DNA of 39,762 nucleotides, from positions 1 through 39,762 of the forward strand of contig JAPHSZ010000022.1 in the NCBI GenBank assembly GCA_026196545.1. Reading direction: 5' to 3'. This document shows positions 9,185 through 19,345 of the stretch, piece after piece. Position numbers and translations under genes: made by a program. The stretch's first letter is position 1. Each line of letters begins with the position of its first letter. The notes under the pieces were generated by a model. The model was not told the DNA's origin. It was given only the letters and a program-made list of their open reading frames with translations, and searched no databases. The stretch comes from Gammaproteobacteria bacterium (GTDB lineage: Bacteria; Pseudomonadota; Gammaproteobacteria; SZUA-229).

Positions 9185-10302
9185 GCCAAAACCTCGATTA
9201 AGGTTTCTATGAATCGTTTATTCTGTTCTTCAGTACCGATAGTTATTCTCAGAAACTCTGGCATATTGTAATTACCAATCGGGCGAACAATGACACCTTT
9301 TCTCAATAAATCATCGTAGACAGTCTGGCCATCACGCCGTAAATTTACCGCAATAAAATTGCCCATAGTCGGCAAATAATCCAGACCTAAATCATCAAAT
9401 GATTTCTGAAAATAAGCCTTACCCTGATCATTGAGTATGACACTTTTTTTAATATGTTCATCATCATCCAGCGAAGCCAGTGCCGCTTCCTGTGCTAACA
9501 GGTTAGTGTTAAAGGGCTGCCTGACGCGATTCAATAGATCAGCAATTTCAGGATTTGATAATGAATAACCAATACGAAGCCCGGCAAGTGCGTAAATCTT
9601 TGAAAACGTCCCCGTAATCACTAGATTAGGATGATCAGCCAGCCATTTGCTCGCCTCAATCTGTAACGATTCATCCATGTATTCATTATAGGCCATGTCC
9701 AGTACAATAATCACTTCATCCGGCAAGTCATTGAGTAACTGCTTCAATACCTGCGGCTCCAGCCAGGTACCCGTTGGGTTATTGGGGTTAGCAATAAAAG
9801 CAACCCGTGTTTTTTTATCAACACTGGCCAAAAATGTTTCCGGGTTGTGTCCCAGAGGCATTGCCTGATGTTCAAGCGGAAAAGCTTTGGCAACATTGGC
9901 TTTTGCACCAACCGCCTGCACGACGATAGGGTAAACCGCAAAAGAATATTCTGAAAAAACTGCCGATGTTTCCGGCGTTAAAAAAGCACGTGCAACCAGC
10001 TCAAGAATATCGTTAGAACCATTACCCAAAGTCACACAGGCAGGATCAACTTTAAATTTTTTTGCAAGGCGCGCACTAAGCTTGAAACCACCACCATCAG
10101 GATAAAAGTTTACTGATTCTGCATATTCACGAATCGCATCTACAGCCTTAGTACTGGGACCTAATGGATTCTCATTGGATGCAAGCTTAATCGAACCGGT
10201 GATACCCAGTTCACGCTCGAGTTCTTCAACGGGTTTGCCTGGAAGATAGGGCCGAAGTTGCTGCACACCTGATGCCGCCAGAGATAGAAATGACTTAGCC
10301 AC
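9181..10302 (-). CDS. hisC: Histidinol-phosphate / aromatic amino acid aminotransferase
   Basis: KLASNENPLG, GNGSND, ANPNNPTG, PLP lysine in TFSKIYALAGLRIGY; located in the serC-pheA-hisC-tyrA-aroA supraoperon. Confidence 0.95.
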   Translation of the reverse strand: MAKSFLSLAASGVQQLRPYLPGKPVEELERELGITGSIKLASNENPLGPSTKAVDAIREYAESVNFYPDGGGFKLSARLAKKFKVDPACVTLGNGSNDILELVARAFLTPETSAVFSEYSFAVYPIVVQAVGAKANVAKAFPLEHQAMPLGHNPETFLASVDKKTRVAFIANPNNPTGTWLEPQVLKQLLNDLPDEVIIVLDMAYNEYMDESLQIEASKWLADHPNLVITGTFSKIYALAGLRIGYSLSNPEIADLLNRVRQPFNTNLLAQEAALASLDDDEHIKKSVILNDQGKAYFQKSFDDLGLDYLPTMGNFIAVNLRRDGQTVYDDLLRKGVIVRPIGNYNMPEFLRITIGTEEQNKRFIETLIEVLA

Positions 10303-10334
10303 AATAATTTATCCGGTGATTAATTGAACCTGTA

Positions 10335-11420
10335 TTAAATAACGGCTTTGGGGTAGGAACCCAACACCGTTACCATGGCACTCGCCTTTTCAATTTCTTC
10401 AATCGCTGCCTGCACGTTCTCATCATCGCGATGACCATCAATATCAATGAAGAAAACATATTCCCAGACTCCCTTACGGGAAGGTCTTGATTCAATGTTA
10501 CTCATACTGATATTGCGTTTCGCCAATGGCTCAAGCAGACTAAACAAAGAGCCAGGACGGTTATGCGCAAACACTAACAAACTGGTACGATCATTACCGC
10601 TCGGGGGCGACTGATGCTTACCGATAACGACAAACCGTGTAGTGTTATCAGGCTCATCTTCAATATCTGACTTCAGGACAGGCACATCATACAATTCTGA
10701 AGCCTGTATACCGGCAATCGACGCTGCCTGTTTATTTTCGTGCGCCAACTGCACTGCCTCAGCATTGCTATTGGTAGCTATACGTTGTGCATCTGGCAAA
10801 TATTTATCCAGCCACAAACGGCATTGGGCAAAAGACTGCTGATGAGAATAAACACGTTTGATGTTTGCTAATTCAGTTGCGTGAGACAATAGATTATGTC
10901 GGATACGTAACTCAACTTCTCCGCTAATGGTTAGCGATGAACTCATCAACAAATCCAGAGTATGATTGATCATACCTTCGGTTGAATTTTCTACTGGCAC
11001 CACACCAAAATCAGCACCATCGGCTTCGACTATACGAAAAACTTCTTCAATACTATCAACCGCTTCTTTTTCAAACTGTCTACCAAAATGTTTTAGCGAT
11101 GCAGAATGTGTGTAGGTGCCTTCAGGGCCAAGAAAAGCAACTTTCAATGGTTTTTCCAGTGCCAGACAGGCCGCCATAATTTCACGAAAAATACCAGCAA
11201 TGGCATCATCATCCAGGGGGCCAGTATTCCTGTCCTTAACCGCCTGCAGCACCTGGGCTTCGCGCTCAGGACGATAAAAGTGCCCGCTATCACCCTGCTG
11301 CTGTTTTATCTCTGCAACTTTTGCTGCGCATTCAGCACGCTCAGAAACCAACTGCTGTATTGTCGTATCGATCTTGTCGATACGTTGTCGAACCTCAGCA
11401 AGTGGGTCTTTGTCAGACAT
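10335..11420 (-). CDS. pheA: Bifunctional chorismate mutase / prephenate dehydratase (P-protein)
   Basis: AroQ domain (RQRIDKID...YRPERE), LGPEGTY, PVENSTEG, NTTRF, ACT domain with IESRPS. Start reset to the ATG at 11420. Confidence 0.97.
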   Translation of the reverse strand: MSDKDPLAEVRQRIDKIDTTIQQLVSERAECAAKVAEIKQQQGDSGHFYRPEREAQVLQAVKDRNTGPLDDDAIAGIFREIMAACLALEKPLKVAFLGPEGTYTHSASLKHFGRQFEKEAVDSIEEVFRIVEADGADFGVVPVENSTEGMINHTLDLLMSSSLTISGEVELRIRHNLLSHATELANIKRVYSHQQSFAQCRLWLDKYLPDAQRIATNSNAEAVQLAHENKQAASIAGIQASELYDVPVLKSDIEDEPDNTTRFVVIGKHQSPPSGNDRTSLLVFAHNRPGSLFSLLEPLAKRNISMSNIESRPSRKGVWEYVFFIDIDGHRDDENVQAAIEEIEKASAMVTVLGSYPKAVI

Positions 11421-11430
11421 AGGAATATAA

Positions 11431-12594
11431 TTAAATCTGTCGTGCGTCGAGCACGCCATCAATCGCACTAATTTGAGCCAAAACATCATCACCGATAGCT
11501 GTTTCCAGATCAATCAGCGTATAAGCCAAACCATTTTTTGATTCATTGGTCATATGCAGAATATTCGCACCGGCCTTACCCAAATCGTGTGAGATCTGCC
11601 CCAGCATGTCAGGCATGTTTTTATTGGCAATGGCCAGTCGCGCCTCGCCCAGTCTGGGTAATTTTATATCCGGGAAATTCACTGAGTTTTTAATATTGCC
11701 GTTTTCCATAAAATCTTTAAGCTGATCAGCAACCATAATTGCACAGTTCTCTTCCGCCTCTGCGGTAGACGCGCCCAGATGCGGCAAAGTAATTACATTC
11801 TTTTTATTTTTGAGTTTCTCGGCCGGAAAATCTGAGACATAAGAACCAATTTTTCCGCTCTCAATGGCTGCAAGCACAGCATCATCATCCACAATACCAT
11901 CACGCGCAAAGTTCAAAACCACGGCACCATCTTTCATTGCGGCAATTCGGTCAGCATTCAACAGGTTTTTTGTCGCCTCAATCAATGGTACATGAAATGA
12001 AATAAAGTCAGCCTCTTTTACCAGCTCATCAACACTAGCCATTTCCTGCACATCTGAAGACAGCTTCCAGGCACTTTTTACGGTAATCGTAGGATCAAAA
12101 CCAACCACGCGCATACCTAAAGCTACCGCTGCATTCGCCACCTGAACACCGATAGCCCCCAGACCAACAACGCCTAAAGTACGACCAGGCAATTCATAAC
12201 CGACGTATTTTTTCTTGCCGTCTTCAACTGCTTTATTCTGCTCTTCGGCTGTGCCCTGAACATTTGCAGCATAATCCCAGGCCTGAACAATATTACGGCA
12301 AGCCAGCAACATACCGACGATAACCAGCTCCTTTACCGCATTGGCATTTGCACCCGGCGCATTAAACACCACGACACCTTGTTCACTCATCCGATCTACG
12401 GGAACATTGTTAGTACCAGCACCGGCACGACCAACCGCCTTTAGGTTTGCACCAATTTCCATATCGTGCAGTTTTGCCGAGCGCAGAATAATCGCATCAG
12501 GATCAGCTTGGTCTTCACTGATGCTATAAATATCCTTCGGTAACCGTGAAAGACCTTTGTCTGAAATATTATTAAATGTTTTTATATTTATCAT
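11431..12594 (-). CDS. serA: D-3-phosphoglycerate dehydrogenase (with C-terminal ACT-like domain)
   Basis: RAGAGTNN, APGANANAVKE, GVVGLGAIG, LNFAR, PHLGAST; directly follows serC. Confidence 0.9.
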   Translation of the reverse strand: MINIKTFNNISDKGLSRLPKDIYSISEDQADPDAIILRSAKLHDMEIGANLKAVGRAGAGTNNVPVDRMSEQGVVVFNAPGANANAVKELVIVGMLLACRNIVQAWDYAANVQGTAEEQNKAVEDGKKKYVGYELPGRTLGVVGLGAIGVQVANAAVALGMRVVGFDPTITVKSAWKLSSDVQEMASVDELVKEADFISFHVPLIEATKNLLNADRIAAMKDGAVVLNFARDGIVDDDAVLAAIESGKIGSYVSDFPAEKLKNKKNVITLPHLGASTAEAEENCAIMVADQLKDFMENGNIKNSVNFPDIKLPRLGEARLAIANKNMPDMLGQISHDLGKAGANILHMTNESKNGLAYTLIDLETAIGDDVLAQISAIDGVLDARQI

Positions 12595-12620
12595 AATTTT
12601 AATTTTTATGTATTATTTTT

Positions 12621-13703
12621 TTAAGAATTGGCTTTTTCAAACTCAGCCATGAAGGCCACCAGCGCATCGATACCTTCAGCAGGCATAGCATTGTAGATAC
12701 TCGCACGCATACCACCGACTGAACGATGGCCTTTTAAGGTGACAAGATTTTTCTTCGCCGCTTCTTCAAGAAACTTACCATCCAGTTCAGCATCCGCCAG
12801 AACAAAAGGCACATTCATCCAGGAACGACAGTTTTCATTAATAGGGCTTGAATAAAAATCTGACGCTTCAATAGCGGCATAAAGCTTGGCTGCTTTTTTC
12901 TGGTTAATCACTTCAATTGCAGACAGGCCACCTTTTTCTTTCAGCCATTCAAAAACCAGACCGGCAAGATACCAGCTGTAAGTTGGCGGCGTGTTATACA
13001 TGGAATCATTATCAGCGTGTATTTTGTAATCGAACATGGCTGGCATATTGTCTTTTGCCTTGCCGATTAAATCTTCGCGAACAATAACAATGGTTAAACC
13101 GGCAGGGCCGATATTTTTCTGTGCGCCCGCGTAAATCAGGCCAAATTTTGAAACATCGATTTCACGTGACAAAATGGTAGATGACATATCGGCTACCAGC
13201 GGAATATCACCCGTATCCGGAATATAAGGGAACTCAACACCAACGATGGTTTCATTTGGTGTGTAATGAACATAGGCTGCATCAGGACTGAATTTTAAGT
13301 CCGCTTCGGCAGGCACAGTAGTAAATTTGCTATCGCTGGTATCGGCAACAATATTAACATCACAGTAACGTTTAGCTTCAGCGATGGCTTTTTTGGACCA
13401 CTGTCCGGTCAGTAAATAATCCGCCGATGTTTTATCACCCAGCAAATTAATCGGCACCATCGAAAACTGGCTGCTGGCGCCGCCCTGTAGAAACAGAACT
13501 TTGTAATTATCCGGAATTGCCATCAGCTCACGCAGGTCAGCCTCTGCTTTTGCGGCAATCGACATATAGTCCTTGCCACGATGACTCATTTCCATGACCG
13601 ACATACCGGAACCATTCCAGTCCAGCATTTCATCACGGGCGCGTTCTAGCACCTCAGTTGGTAAAGTTGCGGGACCGGCACTGAAATTAAAGACTCTGTT
13701 CAT
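12621..13703 (-). CDS. serC: Phosphoserine aminotransferase
   Basis: NFSAGPA, EMSHRG, LQGGAS, PLP lysine in [25 protein letters not shown]. Confidence 0.98.
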   Translation of the reverse strand: MNRVFNFSAGPATLPTEVLERARDEMLDWNGSGMSVMEMSHRGKDYMSIAAKAEADLRELMAIPDNYKVLFLQGGASSQFSMVPINLLGDKTSADYLLTGQWSKKAIAEAKRYCDVNIVADTSDSKFTTVPAEADLKFSPDAAYVHYTPNETIVGVEFPYIPDTGDIPLVADMSSTILSREIDVSKFGLIYAGAQKNIGPAGLTIVIVREDLIGKAKDNMPAMFDYKIHADNDSMYNTPPTYSWYLAGLVFEWLKEKGGLSAIEVINQKKAAKLYAAIEASDFYSSPINENCRSWMNVPFVLADAELDGKFLEEAAKKNLVTLKGHRSVGGMRASIYNAMPAEGIDALVAFMAEFEKANS

Positions 13704-13748
13704 TGTTATTTTTTATTAGTAATTAGTTAAAAGGATAGATTTGTTTTG

Positions 13749-16313
13749 TTATTCATCTGCATCTGATTGTTCATCAACAGCTTCCGACGACAAGGCTTCA
13801 ATACGCTCAATTTCGACCAGTTTTTCACCTTTGGTCAGGCGAATCAAACGTACACCCTGAGTATTACGCCCCATTTCACTGACATCATCAACAGCGATTC
13901 TAACCAGTGTACCATTGTTGGTAATCATCATAATTTCATCATCAGCTTTAACTTGCACGGCACCGACAATTTCACCGTTGCGCTCATTGGTCTTGATTGA
14001 AATCACACCCTGACCGCCCCTGCCCTTGCACGGATAATCTGAAACAACAGTGCGTTTACCATAACCATTTTCAGTTGAAGTCAGGATAGAACCTTCTTCG
14101 TCAATCAAAATCATGCTGATAATGCGCTGACCATCGCTCAGTTTCATACCCCGAACACCAGCGGCGGTTCTGCCCATGGCGCGAACATCCGTTTCCGAGA
14201 ATCGAATCGATTTACCCGCATTAGACAGCAGCATAATATGGTCAGAACCATTGGTGATCACCACATCAACCAGCACATCATCATTTCTCAGGTCAACAGC
14301 GATAATGCCCGAAGCTCTTGGGCGGGAGAAATTCGACAACGCTGTCTTTTTCACTGTGCCCGAACTGGTCGCCATAAAGATAAAATGATTTTCATCATAT
14401 TCGCGAATCGGCAGCACCGCATTAATACGCTCACCGTTTTCCAGCGGCAACAGGTTCACTATCGGTTTACCGCGTGAACCCCGGCCCGCCATCGGCAACT
14501 GGTATACCTTCAGCCAGTAGACTTTACCGCGGCTGGAGAAACACAACAGGGTGTCGTGGGTGTTCGCCACGAACAGCTTGTCGATGAAATCTTCTTCTTT
14601 CATGCTGGTCGCTGATTTACCGCGACCGCCACGGCGCTGGGTGTTGTAAACATCCAGCTGCTGACACTTTGCATAACCTTCATGTGAAAACGTTACCACC
14701 ACATCTTCTTCGGTGATCAAATCTTCCATAGTGAGATCTAACTGGCTTTCAATGATCTCCGTGCGGCGTTCGTCACCGTAATTTTCGAGAATTTCATTGA
14801 GCTCATCACGAATCACCTGTAGCAGGCGATCCGGGTTTGACAGGATCTCGAGCAGCTCTTTAATAAGATCCAGGATCTCCTTGAATTCATTAACAATTTT
14901 ATCCTGCTCAAGCCCGGTCAGGCGGTGCAGCCTGAGTTCAAGAATCGCCTGTGCCTGAACGTCAGAAAGATGATAACCATCCTCCTTCAGGCCATAACGC
15001 GGATCGAGTTGATCGGGGCGCGACGAGTCAGCACCGGTGCGGCTGATCATGTCGGTAACCATACCCGGTTGCCAGACTTTGGCGATCAGCGCCAGCTTGG
15101 CTTCGGCCGGACTGGGGGATTTTTTGATCAGCTCGATGACTTCATCGATATTGGCCAGCGCCACCGCCAGACCTTCCAGAACGTGCGCACGCTCACGTGC
15201 CTTGCGTAGATCAAAAATCGTACGACGTGTTACCACTTCGCGGCGATGACGGATGAAGGCTTCGAGAATTTGTTTCAGATTGAGTAGCTGAGGCTGGCCA
15301 TCGACCAGCGCCACCATGTTAATACCAAACACGCACTGCATCGAAGTCAGCTGGAACAGGTTATTGAGCACCACCTCACCGACTTCACCACGGCGCAGCT
15401 CGATAACGATACGCATGCCGTCCTTGTCAGACTCATCGCGCAGCTCGGTAATGCCTTCGATGCGCTTCTCCTTGACCAGCTCAGCGATACGCTCTATTAA
15501 ACGCGCCTTGTTCACCTGATAGGGAATCTCGGTGACGATAATACTCTGCTTGCCTTTTTTATCTTCGATAATTTCGGCACGTGAACGCATCACCATGCGG
15601 CCACGACCGGTCTTGTAGGCTTCCCTGATGCCCTTGGTGCCGTTTATCAGGCCGGCAGTAGGCAGGTCTGGTGCTGGCAGGAATTCCATCAGGGCATCAA
15701 TATCAAGGCCTGGGTTGTCGATCAGCGCGAGCGTGGCTTTAATAACTTCAGTCAGGTTATGCGGCGGAATATTGGTCGCCATACCAACCGCAATACCGGA
15801 AGAACCATTGACCAGCATATTGGGTACGCGGGTTGGCAGTACCGTCGGTTCGGATTCAGAACCATCATAGTTTTCTGCAAAATCAACGGTCTCCTTGTCC
15901 AGGTCAGCCAGCAGCTCGTGCGCAATTTTGGCCATACGAACTTCGGTATAACGCATCGCCGCCGGTGAATCACCATCGACCGAACCAAAGTTACCCTGGC
16001 CATCGACCAGCATATAGCGAAGCGAAAATGGCTGCGCCATGCGCACGATAGTGTCATAAACTGCAGTATCACCGTGCGGGTGGTATTTACCGATCACATC
16101 ACCAACCACACGCGCTGATTTTTTATACGGCTTGTTCCAGTCGTTGCCCAGAACGCGCATCGCATAAAGCACCCTGCGATGCACCGGTTTCAGGCCATCT
16201 CGCACATCCGGCAGGGCACGACCGACGATAACACTCATTGCGTAGTCCAGATAGGACTGACGCATTTCGTCTTCTAGATTAACTGGGGAAATTTCTTTAG
16301 CAAATTCAGACAT
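13749..16313 (-). CDS. gyrA: DNA gyrase subunit A
   Basis: [20 protein letters not shown], catalytic AAMRYTE, GyrA-box QRRGGRG, beta-pinwheel C-terminal repeats. Confidence 0.99.
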   Translation of the reverse strand: MSEFAKEISPVNLEDEMRQSYLDYAMSVIVGRALPDVRDGLKPVHRRVLYAMRVLGNDWNKPYKKSARVVGDVIGKYHPHGDTAVYDTIVRMAQPFSLRYMLVDGQGNFGSVDGDSPAAMRYTEVRMAKIAHELLADLDKETVDFAENYDGSESEPTVLPTRVPNMLVNGSSGIAVGMATNIPPHNLTEVIKATLALIDNPGLDIDALMEFLPAPDLPTAGLINGTKGIREAYKTGRGRMVMRSRAEIIEDKKGKQSIIVTEIPYQVNKARLIERIAELVKEKRIEGITELRDESDKDGMRIVIELRRGEVGEVVLNNLFQLTSMQCVFGINMVALVDGQPQLLNLKQILEAFIRHRREVVTRRTIFDLRKARERAHVLEGLAVALANIDEVIELIKKSPSPAEAKLALIAKVWQPGMVTDMISRTGADSSRPDQLDPRYGLKEDGYHLSDVQAQAILELRLHRLTGLEQDKIVNEFKEILDLIKELLEILSNPDRLLQVIRDELNEILENYGDERRTEIIESQLDLTMEDLITEEDVVVTFSHEGYAKCQQLDVYNTQRRGGRGKSATSMKEEDFIDKLFVANTHDTLLCFSSRGKVYWLKVYQLPMAGRGSRGKPIVNLLPLENGERINAVLPIREYDENHFIFMATSSGTVKKTALSNFSRPRASGIIAVDLRNDDVLVDVVITNGSDHIMLLSNAGKSIRFSETDVRAMGRTAAGVRGMKLSDGQRIISMILIDEEGSILTSTENGYGKRTVVSDYPCKGRGGQGVISIKTNERNGEIVGAVQVKADDEIMMITNNGTLVRIAVDDVSEMGRNTQGVRLIRLTKGEKLVEIERIEALSSEAVDEQSDADE

Positions 16314-16423
16314 TTAGTGGTAGCAACCAGATTATTATACTTGTTTTAAACACGTTTCCATAAAGCGTGAAATATTAACACATATAGCCGGCTCACGGCA
16401 CTATTATGCGCAATAAAAGAAGG

Positions 16424-16459
16424 TGGATATGCTTATAAATTTAAGCAATAGAAATATCC
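16424..16459 (-). terminator. Possible hairpin/terminator after the DUF1249 gene
   Basis: Minus strand GGATAT...TGCTTA-AATTTA-TAAGCA-TATCC, then CCTTCTTTT. The stem is AT-rich and bulged, so this is weak. Confidence 0.3.
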
Positions 16460-16466
16460 AGATATT

Positions 16467-16991
16467 CTAATCACAAATGCCATCAGCCGAGGGTTGTTTT
16501 ACCGGCTCACAGGCGGTTGTTTCACTAAATTCATGGCCAAGATGCAGGCAATAGCCCAGCCACTTATAAAGAAACCGGTTCAAACGCCATTTAAGCCTGG
16601 GCGCAGTTGTTGGCAGGTGATCCAGGCGCTGGCGACCGTGCTTAAGGTGCCCGGCCAAAACCTCGACCAGACAGGCGTCGTGATAAACACGTATTTTAAG
16701 GTCCGGCTCGGCGACCAGTTTCTGATGATCAGAAAAATAATAGGTCATACGCACCGTGGTGGTGAATTTACTGCGCTCCAGGATCTGTAAATGCAAATCC
16801 ATATGCCCAGGCACCACAGATATGGCCCAATCAGTAATTGCATCAAGATCAGCCACCAGCTTCCTGAATCGCAGATAATTGTTTTCATGCAGATCCATCA
16901 GGCTGACATAACCTCCCGGCACCACCTCATGGCAACCGTAGCCATCACGCGCCACCAGCAAAGATCCGGTTATCAAAGGAGCAACACTCAT
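16467..16991 (-). CDS. DUF1249 (YqiB-like) protein
   Basis: LMDLHENNYLRF, ILERSKFTT, PDLKIRVYHDA..EV, KWRLNRFLYKWLGYCL, typical of DUF1249. The ATG at 16991 is preferred over the GTG at 17003. Confidence 0.85.
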   Translation of the reverse strand: MSVAPLITGSLLVARDGYGCHEVVPGGYVSLMDLHENNYLRFRKLVADLDAITDWAISVVPGHMDLHLQILERSKFTTTVRMTYYFSDHQKLVAEPDLKIRVYHDACLVEVLAGHLKHGRQRLDHLPTTAPRLKWRLNRFLYKWLGYCLHLGHEFSETTACEPVKQPSADGICD

Positions 16992-17123
16992 GGCGCAAAC
17001 CACCAGAAGATGAGACTAAAGCTGTGATCCAGCGAGTTAAAGCGCTCTATGTTCGATGATTTATGCATTGCAATAGTATAATATAGCGCCCCTTATCTTA
17101 TTAGACATATTGAAAATTCACCT

Positions 17124-17711
17124 ATGGCACGCACAGACTCTTTACCCGAAGCTCACGGCATTCAAAAAATCATTCGCAACCTTCGTTACCACGAAGCATC
17201 AAGGCAGTGGTTTGCGGTTTTATTTGTATTACTGGTTAGTCTTCTGGGCGAACCCCACCAGCTACCGCTGTATATCGGTGCAGGCATCGCTGCCGTAGGC
17301 ACACTGATACGACTCTGGGCCTCGGGCCACGTCATGAAAAACAAGGAGCTGGCTACCGATGGCCCTTATGCCTTTGTCAGGCATCCCCTCTATGTTGGCA
17401 ACATTCTGCTGCTGCTCGGTTTCTCAATCGCCTCCTCGCTATGGTGGTCTTATGTATTGATGGTCGCACTGTTACTGTTCTATTACCCCCCCACCATTGC
17501 CTATGAAGACAACAAGCTGAAAAACTTTTTTGGTGAGCCCTGGGAAGAATGGAGCAAAACCACGCATGCCCTGATTCCAACATGGCCTAAGCGTAAGGCT
17601 GGCAGCAGCGAGGGCAGTAGCTGGTCATTCAGGAAAAGCCTGGTTCAAAATGGTGAACCCGTTATTGTTGTATACCTTATCGGCTGCCTGTATTTGTTAT
17701 ACAACAACTAA
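17124..17711 (+). CDS. Isoprenylcysteine carboxylmethyltransferase / phospholipid methyltransferase (ICMT/PEMT) family membrane protein
   Basis: Several TM segments; RLWASG and LATDGPYAFVRHPLYVGN; (Y)ED.KL...FGE.W..W. A TATAAT lies upstream at 17077-17082. Confidence 0.88.
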   Translation: MARTDSLPEAHGIQKIIRNLRYHEASRQWFAVLFVLLVSLLGEPHQLPLYIGAGIAAVGTLIRLWASGHVMKNKELATDGPYAFVRHPLYVGNILLLLGFSIASSLWWSYVLMVALLLFYYPPTIAYEDNKLKNFFGEPWEEWSKTTHALIPTWPKRKAGSSEGSSWSFRKSLVQNGEPVIVVYLIGCLYLLYNN

Positions 17712-17728
17712 GCAATCTATCATTCAAA

Positions 17729-18385
17729 ATGATTAAACACCTGGATCAATCCGTCCTGAAACAATGGATTGAAGACAGCTTAAGCAACAACACCAACATA
17801 CTGGCCGCAGGTTATCAGGGAAAAACCCTGCTCTACCAGAACGATGGCCTTAACGTCGTGATCAAAACACCTCATGGCCAGGGCCTTGCCAAATACCTAC
17901 ACAGCCACATGCTTCGTCACGAAGCGCAAGCCTATCAACAGCTCAAGAATTTAAAAGGCACCCCTGCCTGTTATGGCCTCATCGATAATAAATACCTTGC
18001 ACTGGAATTTATCGATGGTGACCCAATTCGCAGCAAGCGCCCGATTGATGAGAAAAAATATTTTCAAAAACTTTTCATCATAATCGAACAGATGCACGAC
18101 CAGGGGGTTGCTCACATGGACTTAAAGAAAAAGGATAATCTGATGGTTACCCATCACGATGAACCCTGCATGCTTGATTTTGGTGTGGCCGTGATCCAGA
18201 AAAAAGGCTTTCATCCAGTCAATCACTTCCTTTTTAATTTAGCCAGGCGCTTTGATTACAACGCCTGGGTTAAGCACAAATACCACAACAACATGCATAA
18301 CATTGAAGACGCTGATAAAATCTATTACCAACGTACTCTTATCGAAAAAACAGCAAAGAAAATAAAACGTACGTTCAAGCTATAA
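17729..18385 (+). CDS. Small protein-kinase-like phosphotransferase (RIO/Kdo/WaaP-like fold)
   Basis: GYQG loop, VVIK lysine, helix-C E (LRHEAQAY), LEFIDG hinge, catalytic HMDLKKKDN, DFG. Confidence 0.82.
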   Translation: MIKHLDQSVLKQWIEDSLSNNTNILAAGYQGKTLLYQNDGLNVVIKTPHGQGLAKYLHSHMLRHEAQAYQQLKNLKGTPACYGLIDNKYLALEFIDGDPIRSKRPIDEKKYFQKLFIIIEQMHDQGVAHMDLKKKDNLMVTHHDEPCMLDFGVAVIQKKGFHPVNHFLFNLARRFDYNAWVKHKYHNNMHNIEDADKIYYQRTLIEKTAKKIKRTFKL

Positions 18386-18390
18386 CTCAG

Positions 18391-18822
18391 TTACGAACCA
18401 GCATAAATTTTCAATCTTGCCCTGAGCTGGCAATGCATGGATGGAGTAATCGAATCAAGGAATATTGTAACGTTGTGGGAAACACCCATATTTTCATCCA
18501 AAAATATTAACTGCAAAAAAAGGCTGGAAACATAACTGTTAGCGGAAAGCTCAAGATCAGGGTAGTCTTTATTATCAATATTTAAATCAACCTGATCATT
18601 AGCCTTAAAATGAAGACTGATATTTCTTTTGTGACAGACCAGATGGCGATAAAAACTAGCCGCAACCAATAACAGGAGCAGTGCTTTCAGCACCACGCCG
18701 ATCAATCCGGTATTAACAACGAAAAAAACTGAAAGAATTGCGAAAGAATGAATCGCAATAATAAAAAGTAATTTTAAATTTGATGGTTTGACATTGATGA
18801 ACAGTGGCGGCTTTTCATGCAT
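18391..18822 (-). CDS. ygfX: YgfX (CptA)-like inner membrane protein
   Basis: PS motif before two TM helices, C-terminal DS....HCQLRARL; located downstream of sdhE, the usual sdhE-ygfX linkage. Confidence 0.7.
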   Translation of the reverse strand: MHEKPPLFINVKPSNLKLLFIIAIHSFAILSVFFVVNTGLIGVVLKALLLLLVAASFYRHLVCHKRNISLHFKANDQVDLNIDNKDYPDLELSANSYVSSLFLQLIFLDENMGVSHNVTIFLDSITPSMHCQLRARLKIYAGS

Positions 18823-18843
18823 GAGACATTGGCCACACAGCCA

Positions 18844-19044
18844 CTATTCCTTCGAACCGTACTGCTCCATTTGATCCATATGACGAATATAGGCGATTAA
18901 ATCACCTTCAGCATCGGCCTTGCTGACAAAAGGGCCTCGTTCTTCACCTTCACGAGTAGTATAAAACCATTCCCCATTTATTTGCACAAAGCGATCCATC
19001 TGGAAAAATGTTTTGGGTTTATCTCCATCGGTCTTTCTGGCCAA
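18844..19044 (-). CDS. DUF6316-family small protein
   Basis: DRFVQINGEWFYTTREG..RGPF.SK.DAE motif. Start is probably the TTG at 19044 behind a GAGG SD; the alternative is the TTG at 19068. Confidence 0.75.
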   Translation of the reverse strand: MARKTDGDKPKTFFQMDRFVQINGEWFYTTREGEERGPFVSKADAEGDLIAYIRHMDQMEQYGSKE

Positions 19045-19060
19045 ATCAATATCCTCATAT

Positions 19061-19345
19061 TTATTCAATTGCTTTCATGCAATTAAATTTACTGTTACAT
19101 ATAGACCTTATTTTAGTTATTAATGCAGAAATTGTAACATCTGAAGGCTCTTTCTTTTCGAGCAGAAAACCCAGCAATTCCTGGTCCTGATAATCCAGTA
19201 ATTTTAAAAATAACGCCTTATCCTCAGCGGACAGATTATCGTATTCCATCTCCACATAGGCATTTAATAACATGTCCAGCTCCAGCATGCCACGGCGACA
19301 ACGCCAGCGTAGCTGTGAGGCACTTATTTCATTTTGCTCGCTCAT
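19061..19345 (-). CDS. sdhE: FAD assembly factor SdhE
   Basis: LRWRCRRGMLELD (RGxxE motif); ATGA overlap with the sdhB stop. Confidence 0.95.
   Translation of the reverse strand: MSEQNEISASQLRWRCRRGMLELDMLLNAYVEMEYDNLSAEDKALFLKLLDYQDQELLGFLLEKKEPSDVTISALITKIRSICNSKFNCMKAIE

Noticed and set aside
16040-16090. GyrA QRDR with Thr at the Ser83-equivalent position
   Set aside because: Thr is the wild-type residue in many gammaproteobacteria, such as Pseudomonas; it is not evidence of resistance.
18391-19345. sdhE-ygfX as a CptAB toxin-antitoxin system
   Set aside because: SdhE is an established FAD assembly factor coupled to sdhB here, and the TA interpretation of this pair has been disputed.
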